Position numbers and translations under genes: made by a program. 64,000 nt of DNA from assembly GCF_963921235.1 (NCBI RefSeq), contig NC_086108.1, forward strand, positions 52,206,001 through 52,270,000, read 5' to 3'. This DNA comes from Mobula hypostoma (Eukaryota). Each line of letters opens with the position of its first letter. Within the stretch, counting starts at the first letter, position 1. The notes beneath the pieces were generated by a model that had not been told where the DNA came from, did not search any database, and was given only the letters and a program-made list of their open reading frames with translations. This document shows positions 1 to 13,800 of this stretch, piece by piece.

Positions 1-1765
1 ATTGACCAATGTGTGAAAGGTGACCTTAGGCAGATGTTTGGAACAGTGAGGTTTGGAGACAAAAGATCTTGTAATGAAATCAACTATTGTAAAGCCATTA
101 CTGTCATCATTTTATTAATTTGTACATTCAGATATTGCCAATGGTAATAGGACAGTGAAGAGGATAATGAATCTTTCCAAATCAGAAACCAAATTCCAAA
201 TGGTACTATTGCCCAACGTCCACTGCGCTGTTTCTCTTGGTAGTAGTACAGCCAGTCCATGAGATTAATTATGAATTGTTGACTAATTATTTGGTATATT
301 TTATGGATTATACCACAGTGTTTGCTGTAAAATATTGATTGTCAGGCTATTGCACATCCAGGTTTTGAGAAAGATTAGGGAAAGGCCAGATGTCGGGGTT
401 TTAATTCTTATGTTCTGGTATTGTGGTTTTGTTTAGTTAAGTGGTTTTATTAGCTGTATTAAAGGACGATTAACAGTCAACCAAACAGATATGGAATCAA
501 TAATGCCACAATGAGAAAAAGTGGATTAACTTGTGTGGTCATCATTACAAATACCAGAATACTTTAAACTACAAATTTATTTAATAAACTCAAATTTCTT
601 GGCTAGTATGGTGTGAGTTAGACTGGTTTCTTTGGGTCTCTACTAGTCCAGTAATTTAACCACAATGGTATTATGCCTGAGTAAATCAGGTCCACATTGA
701 ATAAAATTACAAATCCTGAACATGTGTATCAAAAACACTAAAACCTTTGATAATTGATTTCCTTTTATAATCCAAGGAATATGCAAATAGGTGAGAAATA
801 CATTTATACCCAATTACATTGTAAATCCTTGGTACATACATTCAGAATTGCAGTAATTTTGTGGGTGATGTTGTAATTGTGAAAATGAATTCACTTCTGG
901 TAAAATAATTAAAATCGTAAAGTGAGAAACTGCTGTGCTGATGTTTTTCAGAATGCCTCTGCTTTGCTTTGCTGAATATTTTCTTGTTACATTAACCTTT
1001 AAAAACTCAGCATCACCACCATGCTTTATTGCCAACCACAGCTCAAGTGCCATCCACAGATTGTTGGGTGACATTGTGTGCAGTGATCGATTTGAAATTG
1101 TTGTGCTCCAGCAACTGTTATTCACTTTTTAACAAACTACATGAAAAATATAACTTCTGTCATCTTTCCGCTGTTGTACATTCACCTGATATTTCTCTAT
1201 TTAATGAGTAACACCCTATTTTAAAATATGTTTTGGGTTCACATTGGCATTTAAAACACATTCATATACTGTTTGATGAACAAATTAAGGGAAAAGTGGG
1301 AAGTGGTCAATCACTGATGCTTAACCTGAATCGTTTGCTCAGAGCATTTGCTTTGAATGTATTAGAGGTTCAGCAATTTAACCATAGCAACTTGAGCTTG
1401 TTAATGTACAGGAAATGGTTAACCCAACTGACAGATCATTTGCCTCTGAATAAAGCAGCAAGAAAAAGTTTGTTATTCATGGATGTAGGCTGGTAGTTTT
1501 CAATCAACAGCATGCAAAATGGAAAATGAGCAGAACATTATTTTTATTTAAATCTCCAGGGAAGGCTAAATCTACCATTTCAGCACACCTTGTAAAAATT
1601 GAATAAATGTGCATGTATTCTTGGTAGCAATCAATCAAGATATTTTTAAAAAGTAATTAACAATTTTATTGATGTGTGATTGTTATTTATTATTTGAAGT
1701 GAGTAGTGGCCATTGGCATCCTTTTACATGTTCTTGACAAGTATCTGTTTTTCACTTTCTTTCAG

Positions 1766-1857
1766 AGTACCATTGTGAGAGAGCTGAGGATAATGAGGGC
1801 ACTCAGTTTAAAGATTCATTGAATGAGCATCCAACAAATGTGGAGCACAACCAGCAG
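1766..1857 (+). CDS. pde4dip: Myomegalin-like exon A: (E)[30 protein letters not shown]
   Basis: Strong pyrimidine tract tttttcactttctttcag, donor CAG|gtaaca, open frame, ends in phase 0 to match exon B. No remembered homology, so the support is structural. Confidence 0.65.
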
Positions 1858-4800
1858 GTAACATCAAAAGCTGCAGTGGAATTTGTTTTAAGTACAATTT
1901 GGAGAGAGGCAGAACATTTAATTAATGCCCTAATTTGTGAAGCGTTCAAAAGAATAAAAACCTGCAGATGCAGATCAGCAGGAATCTGAAATAAAATCAA
2001 AGAATGCAGGAAATACTTGGCAGATCAAACAGCATCTGTGGAGAGGGAAAAAGCTAATGGTTTAGGTAATAATCTTTCACCATAAGCTATTGAATGTGCT
2101 TCTGATGTAAAGCCACATTGGAAGCCGATTTTTTTCTCCAGCGATGATATGCCTGATGTGTATGTCTAGCATTTGTTGTTTTCAATGCAAAAGAAATAAT
2201 GTATGCCCAGAAATGGAAGTGTCTCATTATAATTCAGATGGCTTGGTGTTCTGCCATTGGGGAAATGGGCAGCATGAATTAGAATCCCATGGAGAGTGGA
2301 GATCTTATCACTTCCATTCTTGTCCATGTGGCTTGAATGGGTTGGATGACTGAGCAAAGAGGTGGCAGTTGGAATAAGGTGTGGGGAAGTGTACAGTAAA
2401 GCATTTTGGTAGAAGCAAAAAAAGGTACAGACTATTTCTCTACAGGTAGAGAATTCTCTTCTAACTGGGGAGACAATTCAGAAATCAAAGGTGCAAAGGG
2501 ACTTGCAAGTCCTCATGCAGGATTTCCTAAGTTAGAGTTCTGGCCTGAAACGTTGACTAATTGTTTCCACGGATGCTGCCCGACCTGCTGAGTTCCTCCA
2601 GTGTGTTGTGAGTGTTGCTTTGACCCCAGCATCTGCAGAGTATTTTGTGTTTCCTAAGTTAACTTGCAGGTTGAGTCAGGGTTGAGGAAGGCAAATGCAA
2701 TGTTAGTATTCATTTTGAGAGGACTAGAAAACAAAAGCATGATAATAATGCTTTTTTAAGGTGTTGGTCAGAAAACATTTGGAGTATTGTTAGCTGTTTT
2801 TGGCTCCATATCTAATGAAAGATGTGACGGGATTGTTGAAGGTGTACAGGAGATGTATGAGAATTATCCCAGGGGTGAGATAGTTACTGTATGGGGAACA
2901 TCTGATGGCCCTGGAATTTAAAAGGATGAAAAGGGATGTCATTGAAACCTACTGAATACTGAAATGCCTGGATAGAATGGATATGGTATCTAAAACCAGA
3001 AAACACAGCCTCAGAACAAAAGGACATCACTTTAGAATGTAGATGAGGAGGAATTTCTTTAGCCAGGATTCAAGGTTCAAAATAAAATTATTATCAAGGT
3101 ACTTGTATGTCACCATTTTTGTATGTCAAGATTCATTTTCTTCCAGATAGTCACAGTAACACAATAGAATCAATGAAAAACTTTAGATTCATTCTCTGTA
3201 CATACGTGGGAATTCATTGCACTTCTGCACATTTACGAAATTCACTGCCACAGGTGACTAAGTCATTGGGTGTTTTAAAATGGAGTTTGATAGCTTCTTG
3301 ATCAGTAAGGTTGTCAATGGTTGCAGGGAGAAGGCAGAGAACGGGGTTGAGAGAGGAAAATAAATCAGCCATGATCGAATGGTGGAGCAGAATCAAGGGG
3401 CTGAATAGTCTGATTCTGCATCTACAGCATAGTCACTGAGTACATGAATAAATTTGGGTGAAGAATTGTAAATTGAAATTCCACGTCTTTGTATTCAGGC
3501 TTTTAATACATTCATATCGATGTTATGTTATATTTTACATTACATTGTTCACATTATTGGCAATTCTTTGCCAATTAAGTTTGAAGATGCTGTACAGTGC
3601 CAACTCAATGATTAAGTAATGTTGATCACATGGCACTCAATATTTTTAGTGTATTTAATTCAATACTTTTAGTGCATTCATATAGATGTTAGTTTGTTTT
3701 ACACTGTTTACATTGTTAATGAAGGTGTACAGTGCTAACTCGATTAAATAATGTTGATCACATGACACTCGGTATTTTCCCAATGTTTCTTGTCTCTCCT
3801 CCTTTCCTACATAGCAATTAATTTCACACATGCATATTTCCATTGTTGCATTGCATTAATATGCTTTTCTCTGTGTGGGTGAGTGTTGACAACCTATTAT
3901 AGTTATTGAACTACAAGTTGTAACATACAATGTTCACGATTGTAGAATTCCAGTGAAAGTAACTGAGTAGTGATGAGGAACACAAATCTTAGGAAATTTT
4001 CTTACTCTAACCATGGAGTAGTGTGACATCTTTGCAGCATACATACATAAAATTAGAATTGTTGCCGTCCATCTTCATCAACAGAGGGGAGAAAAGGAGT
4101 TGCTTGTGTTAACAACAAAAAGGTTTATTTTTTGGATCCATCCATTTTCATTTGTCTCAAATTGCAATTAAATCTTTTAGTCTTTACAGAAAGGCTCAAA
4201 TGATTCTGGATTTAAAAGTTGTATTGAAGAAACTGACTCCAGCATCTTGTTTCACAATTCAATGGCCACGAGAACAGAGGCACTGGACAATTTCCAGCAG
4301 ATGAAACTCGAAATGCAGAGTCCGAGTGAGGAAAATAAACTGATGGAAAACAAACCGATGGAGCTGAGGACACAGACTGAGAAATCAGTACCTCAAATGG
4401 AGTAAATACTTTATTTATTAAATTTAGATGCCTTGGTCAATTTGTTTTAGCTTAACATTTATAAGACTGAGAATATTAAATGTGCTGGGCACAGATTCAA
4501 CCACATTTCAAATCAAGTATATGTGTGGATCCTTTCCCTTCTCTACCAAATTCTCAGCTTCACTTTGTCCCCTGTTTATCGTGGCACTTTACTACCCTGC
4601 TGTCGAAAATTTGTCTATCTCAGTTGATCAATACATATGGTAGCAGACTGACCGGGTACAATATTAGACCTTGCCAGCTGGTGAGGCATGAGTTTCAGCA
4701 TTTTGTATTTTCAGAAAAGGACAATTGTGTTTAGCAGTCACTGCTAATTTTAAGATGAGATTAATGTTAGAAAATGTTAGAAGATCTAGAATGGGATGTT

Positions 4801-7800
4801 AATTACAAGTACTTTCTGCAGTTTTTATCTGATTTCAATGTACTGAACAATATTAACCCATAGCAAGGTCCAGCTGACCATGTTAGCAATTTGAAAGGTG
4901 GCACCTGCACTTAGATTAAATAATGTTTGATAATGTATTGCAAAACTATGATGTAGTTATTAAGGAAGAAATTTATTAACCACCTTTCATATTGACAGGA
5001 CTCTTCAAGGCGTTTCACAGTCAGTTCATTGGTGTGAGAAGGGAACACTGTTGGCCCATCTCAGATATTTGGAAAAAAAACTGGGTTTGCCTTTTTACAA
5101 TCCTCCCAGCAGACAAGCAGCTTGGAAACTTTCAAGTTTCTTGGGACAGTGATGGGGTCTCTGGGGCAGCTGAACCAAGCTCCATTCAAAGTAAAGAGAA
5201 AAGATTTTGATAGCTGTCTAACTTGTGCTCCCAGACAGTCAAACCACTAAAACATACTTAATGCTTCTGAAAGTTTGAGGTAGACAGAAATATACAAAAA
5301 TATTTTATAACTTAGAAACACGTAACACTGTATGTTGAAAGAATAAAATGTGAAAGATACTAAAACACTAAAGCAATTTATCAGAACATATTAAGTTGGA
5401 GTAGCTCATCAAGTCCTGATTCATTATTCACAAGATCATGGCTGATCTTCTACCTCAGTGACATCTTCCCGCACTACACTATATCTCTTGATTCCCAGAT
5501 ATATTTTGATATCTCTTTTGAATTAACATAATACCAATCATTATCACCATCTGAAGTAGAGAGTTTTAAAGTTCGTCAATGTCTGACTGAAGGGGTTTCA
5601 CTTCCTCTTAGTCATAGTATTTTATTCTGAGATGGTAAACCTTGGTTCTAAATACCTCAGCCAGTGGAAACATCCTCTTTGCATCCAACCTGCCAAGCAC
5701 ATCTTTGAACACCAACATTTCCAAAGCTCCAACATTAAAAAGTACCCTGCTTTTCTTTTTTGTTCACCAACATGGATCACACATTATATGATGTTACTTA
5801 TTCAGCCCTGGTAGTATTACCAAGAAGATTCTTTACATCTTTACATACTTCTAAACATCAGTATCTCATTAAAATTTATCAAAAAATCTAAATGAAAAAC
5901 CCTTCCAAAATTAAAATTTTAACAAGTGTATTTTTAAACTAAAAATCCTCTGATGTTTACATTGAGGATATTTTCTGAAGACTCTTTCAGTCGTTCCTTT
6001 CCATTCAATGCAAGGGGAACAGGCCAATTGTTCCTTCACTTACCTGGCAGAGAATGCTTCAGTAAATCTGGAATCAAGTAGCAAAGCCCTGCCCCTGAGG
6101 AGCTCCATCAGATTTCCAGAGTTAGAGTGTAGTTAGCTGCCAGCATCCACATGTGTGGAAGTCTGGAAATTGTTCCAAATAACATGCAGTAATATTGATA
6201 TACACTGGCATTTTTTAATTAAATTTACCGAGAAACATAGGTTATTGTTGAGTGAACTATTGTATTGTCGATTAAGGGAATATAGTAAATGTTCTATATC
6301 ATGGAACATTAATACATAAGATGCTTAGAACTCAAAACCAAAACTCCTCCTTTGTTACAGGAATGCCTCTCATTTCCCTCACTAATAACATTAATGATTC
6401 ATCTAGTTCTTTAATTAAATTAACTAGCCTGAGCCAATTATTATTCAAGGAGGTGGTGTGGGGGAGGGGTTTGTTGTGTAACTTATCTAAAAACAACAGG
6501 TCAACTGATCAAATTAAGTAAACTAGATATACAGTAGTTTATGGTAAGCACAGAAATTTGTGAGTGCTTTCAACTAATCATTCAGCCATTGTGGAGAAGC
6601 TTTTTGAAAACAATTTTTCAACACACGGTATGGTGGTGGTAAGTTGTGGGGTGTCTCTGTGAATCACTATTGCATTTCAGTGCACTGAGCAGATATTAAC
6701 TCATAGCAAGGTCCAGCTGACCACCAAATGATTTTTGAATTTTCATGGTGTATTGGGGGAAGCAAATCGAGCTCCTTCTCAAGCATAGTGACTGCATAGG
6801 AGGTAGGAACATAGTTTATGAATTGTCAGACTGATGCTGAGGAAACCTTTGAATGTAGGAAGTGTTGATTTTCTGAAATACCAGTATTTTCAAAGGGAGG
6901 GGTTTTAATATTCTTGATAACCTTAGTTTTTAATCTATTTTTACATAAATGTAAAATATTGAACATATGTATTTTATACCCCATATTGACATTCAGTTTT
7001 ATTCATATTCATTCCTTGAAGCCCATTACAAAATCAGACTTTGGAGAATGCTGAGCAGAAGAGAATTGTGGAAGCGGATCTGACAGGGCCAGGGTGGAGC
7101 ACAGAAGCAAAGAAGGTCAGCCTTGATGTTTGGGACCTCAGGGAGGAGATTATAAAGTTAACTGTGAAATTACAGAACTCAGAAACCATCATCAGCCTCC
7201 TGAAGGAACAGCTGGAGCTCAACTCTTCCCAGACCGGAGAAAAACGTTTCAATCCAGAGCTCATTGTAAATATGGCCAAAGAAATTGAGCGACTAAAATC
7301 AGAGCTTAGCCATTCTCGGGTGCAATGCTCAAAAGCAGACATGCAACAATGTGACAGAAGGACTAAGCAGGCCAGACCCTATTCACTGGACCTTGGAATT
7401 CTCTTATCACAGAGTAATAAAGAGGCCCCATATTTGACTGATGCTGTTCAGCAGGTTAGTATGAATACACTATAGTTATTTTTAAAAAATAACATCTAAT
7501 AATATTTTAATTTTCATCTCTGTGTTACCAAGCCATTGTTCATTTTGATTACTTGGTGTTCACTGGAAGATGCTTAATTCAACTCAGTGCCTGTGTTCAT
7601 GGTAAAAATAATGAAAAGCTTGAGGTTGCTTTTGTTTTTTATGTAAGCATTTTACTTTTTTAGACATCTTTTCTCTAAACCTCTACACTGTATATGTTTT
7701 ACTGAGAAATGAGTGGCAAACAGGAACCAGTTTAAATAAATAAGAACAATTGATAAACAGAGTGCAGTTGTACAAGACTTTGGTAGCTGTGGAAGACATT

Positions 7801-10800
7801 GGTGAGGCAACACTTAGATTATTGTGTCTAGTTTTTGTTACCTTGTTATAAGAAAAAATGCCATTAATCTGGACAAAGTGCAGAAATGATTTATGTGAAT
7901 ATTGTCAGGACTCGGGCTTGAAACTTAAGGAGAGGTTGAGCAGACATGGACTTTATTCCTAGGAATGGAGGAGACTGAGTGGTGACCTTATAAAGGTGAA
8001 TAAGATCATAAGGGGCAAAAGAATAATGTAAATGCACAGTCTTTTTCTCAGGGAGAGGGAATCAAAACTCTAGGGCATATATTTGTGAGAGGGAAAATTT
8101 TAAAAGGGGCGTGAGGCAAGCTTCTTCACATAGAGGTGGTTGCATATGTGGAATGAGCTGTTCTAAATCTGCACAAGTAGTTGAGGCAGGTGTAACAACA
8201 TTTGAGGCTATTTGGACAGGTAGATGAATAGGAGAGGTTGAAAGAAACATGGGCAAATGGGACGAGCTTAGGCGGACGTTTTATTTATTATGGACAAGTT
8301 AGGTCAAAGGGACTATTTCAGTGCTGTATTACTCTGATTAGATCACAGTTACAGAAAACAACATCCTCTTTATATGATGCACACAGTCTCAACAAATTTT
8401 CCTTTTTCATTTGAACTTCTTCATCTTTGAAGTTAGTGAAAATCAGGTCACATATCCAATGGTGTGGTATGAAGTGTTACTAGAGAAATCGTCTTCTCCA
8501 GCATGAAGTGATTAGTGCTGGGAAGGCGGAGTGAGGCCAGAAAGGTTAGAGTTTGAAAATCAGGAAAAAAAATCTGTTGACGCTGGTAGTCTGAAATGAA
8601 AATGGAAAATGCCACAAAAACAGCAGGTCAGACTTAGAAAGAAACAGTTAACATTTCAGCTCTGCCACCATTCTCTTTCAGGGAAAGAAGGAGATGCCAT
8701 TTAGCTTTGAATTGAAGGCAGGGGAAGGGATATATAGAACAAAGGGAATATTTGTGTAAGGTTATCAGCACACTAAGCTTCTTGGTCTGTGTATGTGTTA
8801 ATGATGGGGTTATGGGATCTGCCCAGCAGGCAAGTTGTACAAACAGGATGGGTTTATGGGACCCTATATCAGACCTGAGAAAGAGAGAATTAAGTTAGTA
8901 TAAGCAGCAGCAAAGATGAGGCAGGGTGATGGACTAGGGTGCTGTTAAATTTATTTGCATTTTTGATGTATTACCGATATTACTGTCTAGAAGCTACACA
9001 GTGTTCTGTAATATATGCAACACAAGCAATTCAATTCAAGATGCATGGCTTGTGAAATATTGTCTTGTACCATAGGATTAAGATTTGATGCAAAATTGAT
9101 ATTTTGAGCTTGTGTTTCCTTGTGTGAATGATTTTTAATTTCTGTATGCTGAAGTTTCTTAAACTCCTATGCTATGACATAGACAACGGTTGGTTTTCAG
9201 TCAGACTCTTCCAATATGTGAGGGCACTTTCATATGCTGACACCCATTAGTTACTTTCCTCTCTCCATATTGTCCTGTACCCCTGCAGCTTATTCTCTCT
9301 CATGTTTGTCCATTGATTCCTTTTGCCATTAACCTATATTAAAGAGTAATTTACAGTGTTTTAAACTATTAGCACCTTTGGGATGTGGAAAAAAACTATA
9401 GCAGCTGGGGAAAGCCACATGGTCTCAGAAAAGAAAGGTCAACTCCACACAGATGGCACCCACACCAGAACTGAACCAGCGACCTTGGATATCTGAGGCT
9501 ATGAGGTGCCAACTTCTGTGCTTCCCAAACCAATCAAGCACAAGCTTTCTTTAATGATCATTCCCAGTGTCAAATGGCCATCAGTCACAAGGCTGTGAGG
9601 AAATGAAGTAGAATCTGGAGCTCCATTATTAGTGGAAGTTATTTAATTTCTATCTAACACCTCATTCTCAGTCTGCTGTGATTAAAGAGGGTAATATCAA
9701 ATGGCTCATATAAATGTTACTTTCCTTGCATCTGGTGAATGCATTTCTTCTCCTTTCAGTGTGGAACTGTGCTTTCCAGACCAGACAGGGTCTTGTAGTC
9801 TATTCCGAATCTGCGCGGAGTTAGCTGATCTCCCTGACAGCGATGGTGGTTCAGTTTGGCTATTAAGCTTTATGGCTTGGATGTTGGGAGAGGGCAGCCA
9901 TGTTTTCAGGCCATCTTATCACAGTTAAATGTGTCTGGCTATTAGCTAACTGTTGGATCAGGCTCAGCTCAATGGTCATTGTGATTACACATACAGGGGG
10001 GTGATAGTGATGCAATATTACTAGGTCTAGGTACTGAAGCATGTCAAAGCAATCATTAGAACCTTCAAAAAGGGATTGAAGAAAATTGGATAAATGATTT
10101 TACTGTGACCCTGCAATGTATTTTACCTACACTTATGTGATACTTACTGGTCATTATTAAAGTTATTTAAATAACTTCTCTGCAATTTCTGTTTAACTTT
10201 TTGATTTTTGTGTTACTATCCAGGTTGGAAGTATCAGCCCATGGCATCATGGGCAATTTGGACAACAATCCAAACAGTTTCAGAGCGAGCTAGCTGAGTA
10301 CAGACAACAGAATAAGGAATTACAGGAGAAGCTTGTAGTGACCGAGGCTACTGTAAAGGCCCAGGACAACCAGTTGCAGCAGTACAAAGACCTACTCAGT
10401 ATGTATCATGTTCAGCCTGTAAAGACTCTGAACAAAGTCCTCTGTAATGTACTAATATATTTATCTTCCACTGACATTTTGTTAAGTTGAGTATTTACAA
10501 ACTGGCCTAAAGAAACATATGCAACCTTAATATAATGGCCCAGTGGTTTCTCAGAAGGAAATGAAGGAGTGGGGCAAGAGGAACAAAGAAGTAAATTTTC
10601 CTGTATCATCTCACTGTAGCATTTGTGAATCTTTGGGCCTAATGAAGGAATGCATTCATTTTCAATGCTTGTTCAGTTTTCCTTTTTCTAGTGATTGCTG
10701 TCAACTTCCTTGATGAAGTGTTTCAATCTGAAGTGTTGACTATCCATTTTCCTCCACAGATGCTGCCTGAGATGCTTAGTTCCTTTAGCAGTTTTCTTTC

Positions 10801-13800
10801 CTGCTCCGAAACAAAACATTTGTACTTTGCATAACTTCTCTGACTACTTTTCTTCCAGCTCAGAATCTGAACCAGGTTTAGGATCACTGACAAACATCAT
10901 GAAATTTGTTTAGCAGTACAGTACAGTACAATGTAAAGCATAATCATAGGACTATAAAGATAAGAGCAGAATTAGGTCATTTGGCCCTTCGAGTCTGCTC
11001 TGCTATTTCATCATGGCTGATCCAATTTTCCTCTCAGTCCTAGTTTCCTGTCTTCTCCCCATATCCCTTCATGCCCTGACCAATCAAGAATCTGTCAACC
11101 TTTGCTTTAAATATACATAAAGATTTGGACTCCACAGTTGCCTGTGGCAACAAACTTCACAGATTCACCACACTCTGTCTAAAGAAATTCCTTCTCATCT
11201 CTGTTCTAAAAGGACACCCCTCTATTCTGAGCCTCTGTCCTTTGGTCCTAGATTCTTCCACCAGAGGAAACATCACAAAACCACATTTCATACTTGCTTT
11301 TATCTTCCAGTCCTTTTGAAATGACTGCGAACATTGCATGTGCCTTCCTCACCTGCAAATTAACCTTCAGGGACTCCTGCACAAAGATTCCCAATTCTCT
11401 TTGTGCCTCAATTTATTGTATTTTCTCTCCTTTTAGAAAATGTTCTATTTCTTCTACCAAAGTGCATGGCCATACACTTCCTGACACTGTATTCCATCTC
11501 CCACTTCTTTGCCCATTCTTCTAATCTGTCTTAAGTCCTTCTATAGCTCTTTACTTCTTCAAAACCACCTGCCCCTCCACCTAACTTTGCAACAAAGTCA
11601 TCAATTCCATTATCCAAGTCATTGACATATAACGTAAAAAGGGTCCCAAAACAGACCCCTGTGGAACACCACTAGTCACCGACAGCCAATGACAAAAGGC
11701 TCCCTTTGTCTCCTGGCAATCAGCCACTGCTTTATCAATGTTAGAATCTTTCCTGTAATACCATGGGCTCTTAACTTGTTAAGTAGCCTCATATGTGGCA
11801 GCTTGCCAAAGGCCTTCTGAAAATCTAAGTACACGTCAACAGATTCTCCTTTGTCTATCCTACATGTTATTTCTTCAAAGAATTCCAACAGATTTGTTGG
11901 GCAAGATTTTCCCTCGAGGAGACCATGCTGATTGTGGCCTTTTTTATCATGTGCCTCCATGTACCCTGAGACCTCATCCTTAATAATCGACTCCAACTTC
12001 CCAGCCACTGAGGTCAGGCTAACAGGTGTATAGTTACCTTCCTTCTGCCTCTCTTCCTTCTTGACGCATGGAGTGACATTTGCAATTTTCCAGTCCTCTG
12101 GAACCATTCCAGAATCTAGTCATTCTTGAAAGGTCATTACCAATGCCTCCACAATCTCTTCGGCCACCTCTATCAGAACCCTTGGTGTACACCATCTGTT
12201 CCAGGTAACATCTACCTTCTGACCTTTCAGTTTCCCAAGAACCTTCTCCTTAGTAATGCCAACTTCACACACTTCTGACCCCTGACAAACTGGAATTACA
12301 ATAGCAATTACTATAAGTTCCTAACCCAAACAAATTGAGCAAAAGAGGAATTACAAGATAGTGTTCAAAGACCGTTTAGCAATCTGATAGTGGAGGGGAA
12401 GAAGCTGTTGCTAAAATACTGAGTGTGGGTCTTCAGGCCCTTGTACCTCCTTTCTGATGGTAGTAATAAGAAAAGAGCATGACTATGAGGGTCCATAATG
12501 ACAGGTGCTGCCTTCTTGAGGCACTGCCTCTTGAAGATGTTGGGGAGGGTTGTACCCATGATGGAGCTGGCTGAATCTTCAACTCTCTGCAGCCTCCTGT
12601 GCTTCTGTGCATTAGAACCTCCTTACCAACCTGTGATGTAACCAGTCAGAATGTTCTCCACCATACATCTCTTGACATTCACAAGGGTCTTTGGTGGCAG
12701 ACCAGATCTCCTTAAAGTTCTGTTGAAATGGAGCTGCTGGCATGCTGCCTTCATGATCGTGTCAATGTGTGGGCCCAAAATATATCCTCCATGATGCTGA
12801 TGTCCAGGAACTTGAAGCTGCTTTCCCTTTCCACCTCTGAACCCTCACTGAGGCCTGATGTGTGCTCTCCCGACTTGCCCTTCCTGAAATCCACAATCAA
12901 TTCTTCAGTCTCACTGATATTTAGTGTGAGGTTGTTGCAACACGACTCAATAAGCTGATGTATCCCACTCTTATATCCGTCCTTGCTGCCATCTGAGTTG
13001 AGCTCTCTCAACCCTCTGGTTACCCAGGATGCCACTTCCTTCTTATGCAGTGCTAACATTCAACACTACCAAAGCTGATGAATCTTGGTTTCCTCCTTTC
13101 ATGTGTTTAGTTCATCTGTCCATTTGTGGGCATGTTATGGGTCACATCCAAAAATTATAGTACTTGTGGGTTGTATCCCAAACTCCTCACCTCAGCACTT
13201 TTGAGGCCAAGCCAACAAATTTTCCTTCATCAAAGTTGCTGGTGAACGCAGCAGGCCAGGCAGCATCTCTAGGAAGAGGTACAGTCGACGTTTCAGGCCG
13301 AGACCTTTCGTCAGGACTAACTGAAGGAAGAGTTAGTAAGGGATTTGAAAGTTGGAGGGGGAGGGGGAGATCCAAAATGATAGGAGAAGACCAGGAGAGG
13401 GAGGAATGGAGCCAAGAGCTGGACAGGTGATTGGCAAAGGAGATATGAGAGGATCATGGGACAGGAGGCCCGGGGAGAAAGACAAGGGGGTGGGGGAAAC
13501 CCAGAGGATGGGCAAGGGGTATAGTCAGAGGGAGAAAAAGGAGAGTGAGAGAAAGAATGTGTGTATAAAAATAAATAACGGATGGAGTACGAGGGGGAGG
13601 TGGGGCATTAGCGGAAGTTAGAGAAGTCAGTGTTCATGCCATCAGGTTGGAGGCTACCCAGACGGAATATAAGGTGTTGTTCCTCCAACCTGAGTGTGGC
13701 TTCATCTGTACAGTAGAGGAGGCTGTGGATAGAGTCTCTCTGACTATACCCCTTGCCCATCCTCTGAGTTCCCCCCCATCCCGTCTTTCTCCCCGGGCCT

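Noticed and set aside
814..1496. Short ORFs at the window start
   Set aside because: No recognisable homology or convincing splice chain. AT-rich intron.
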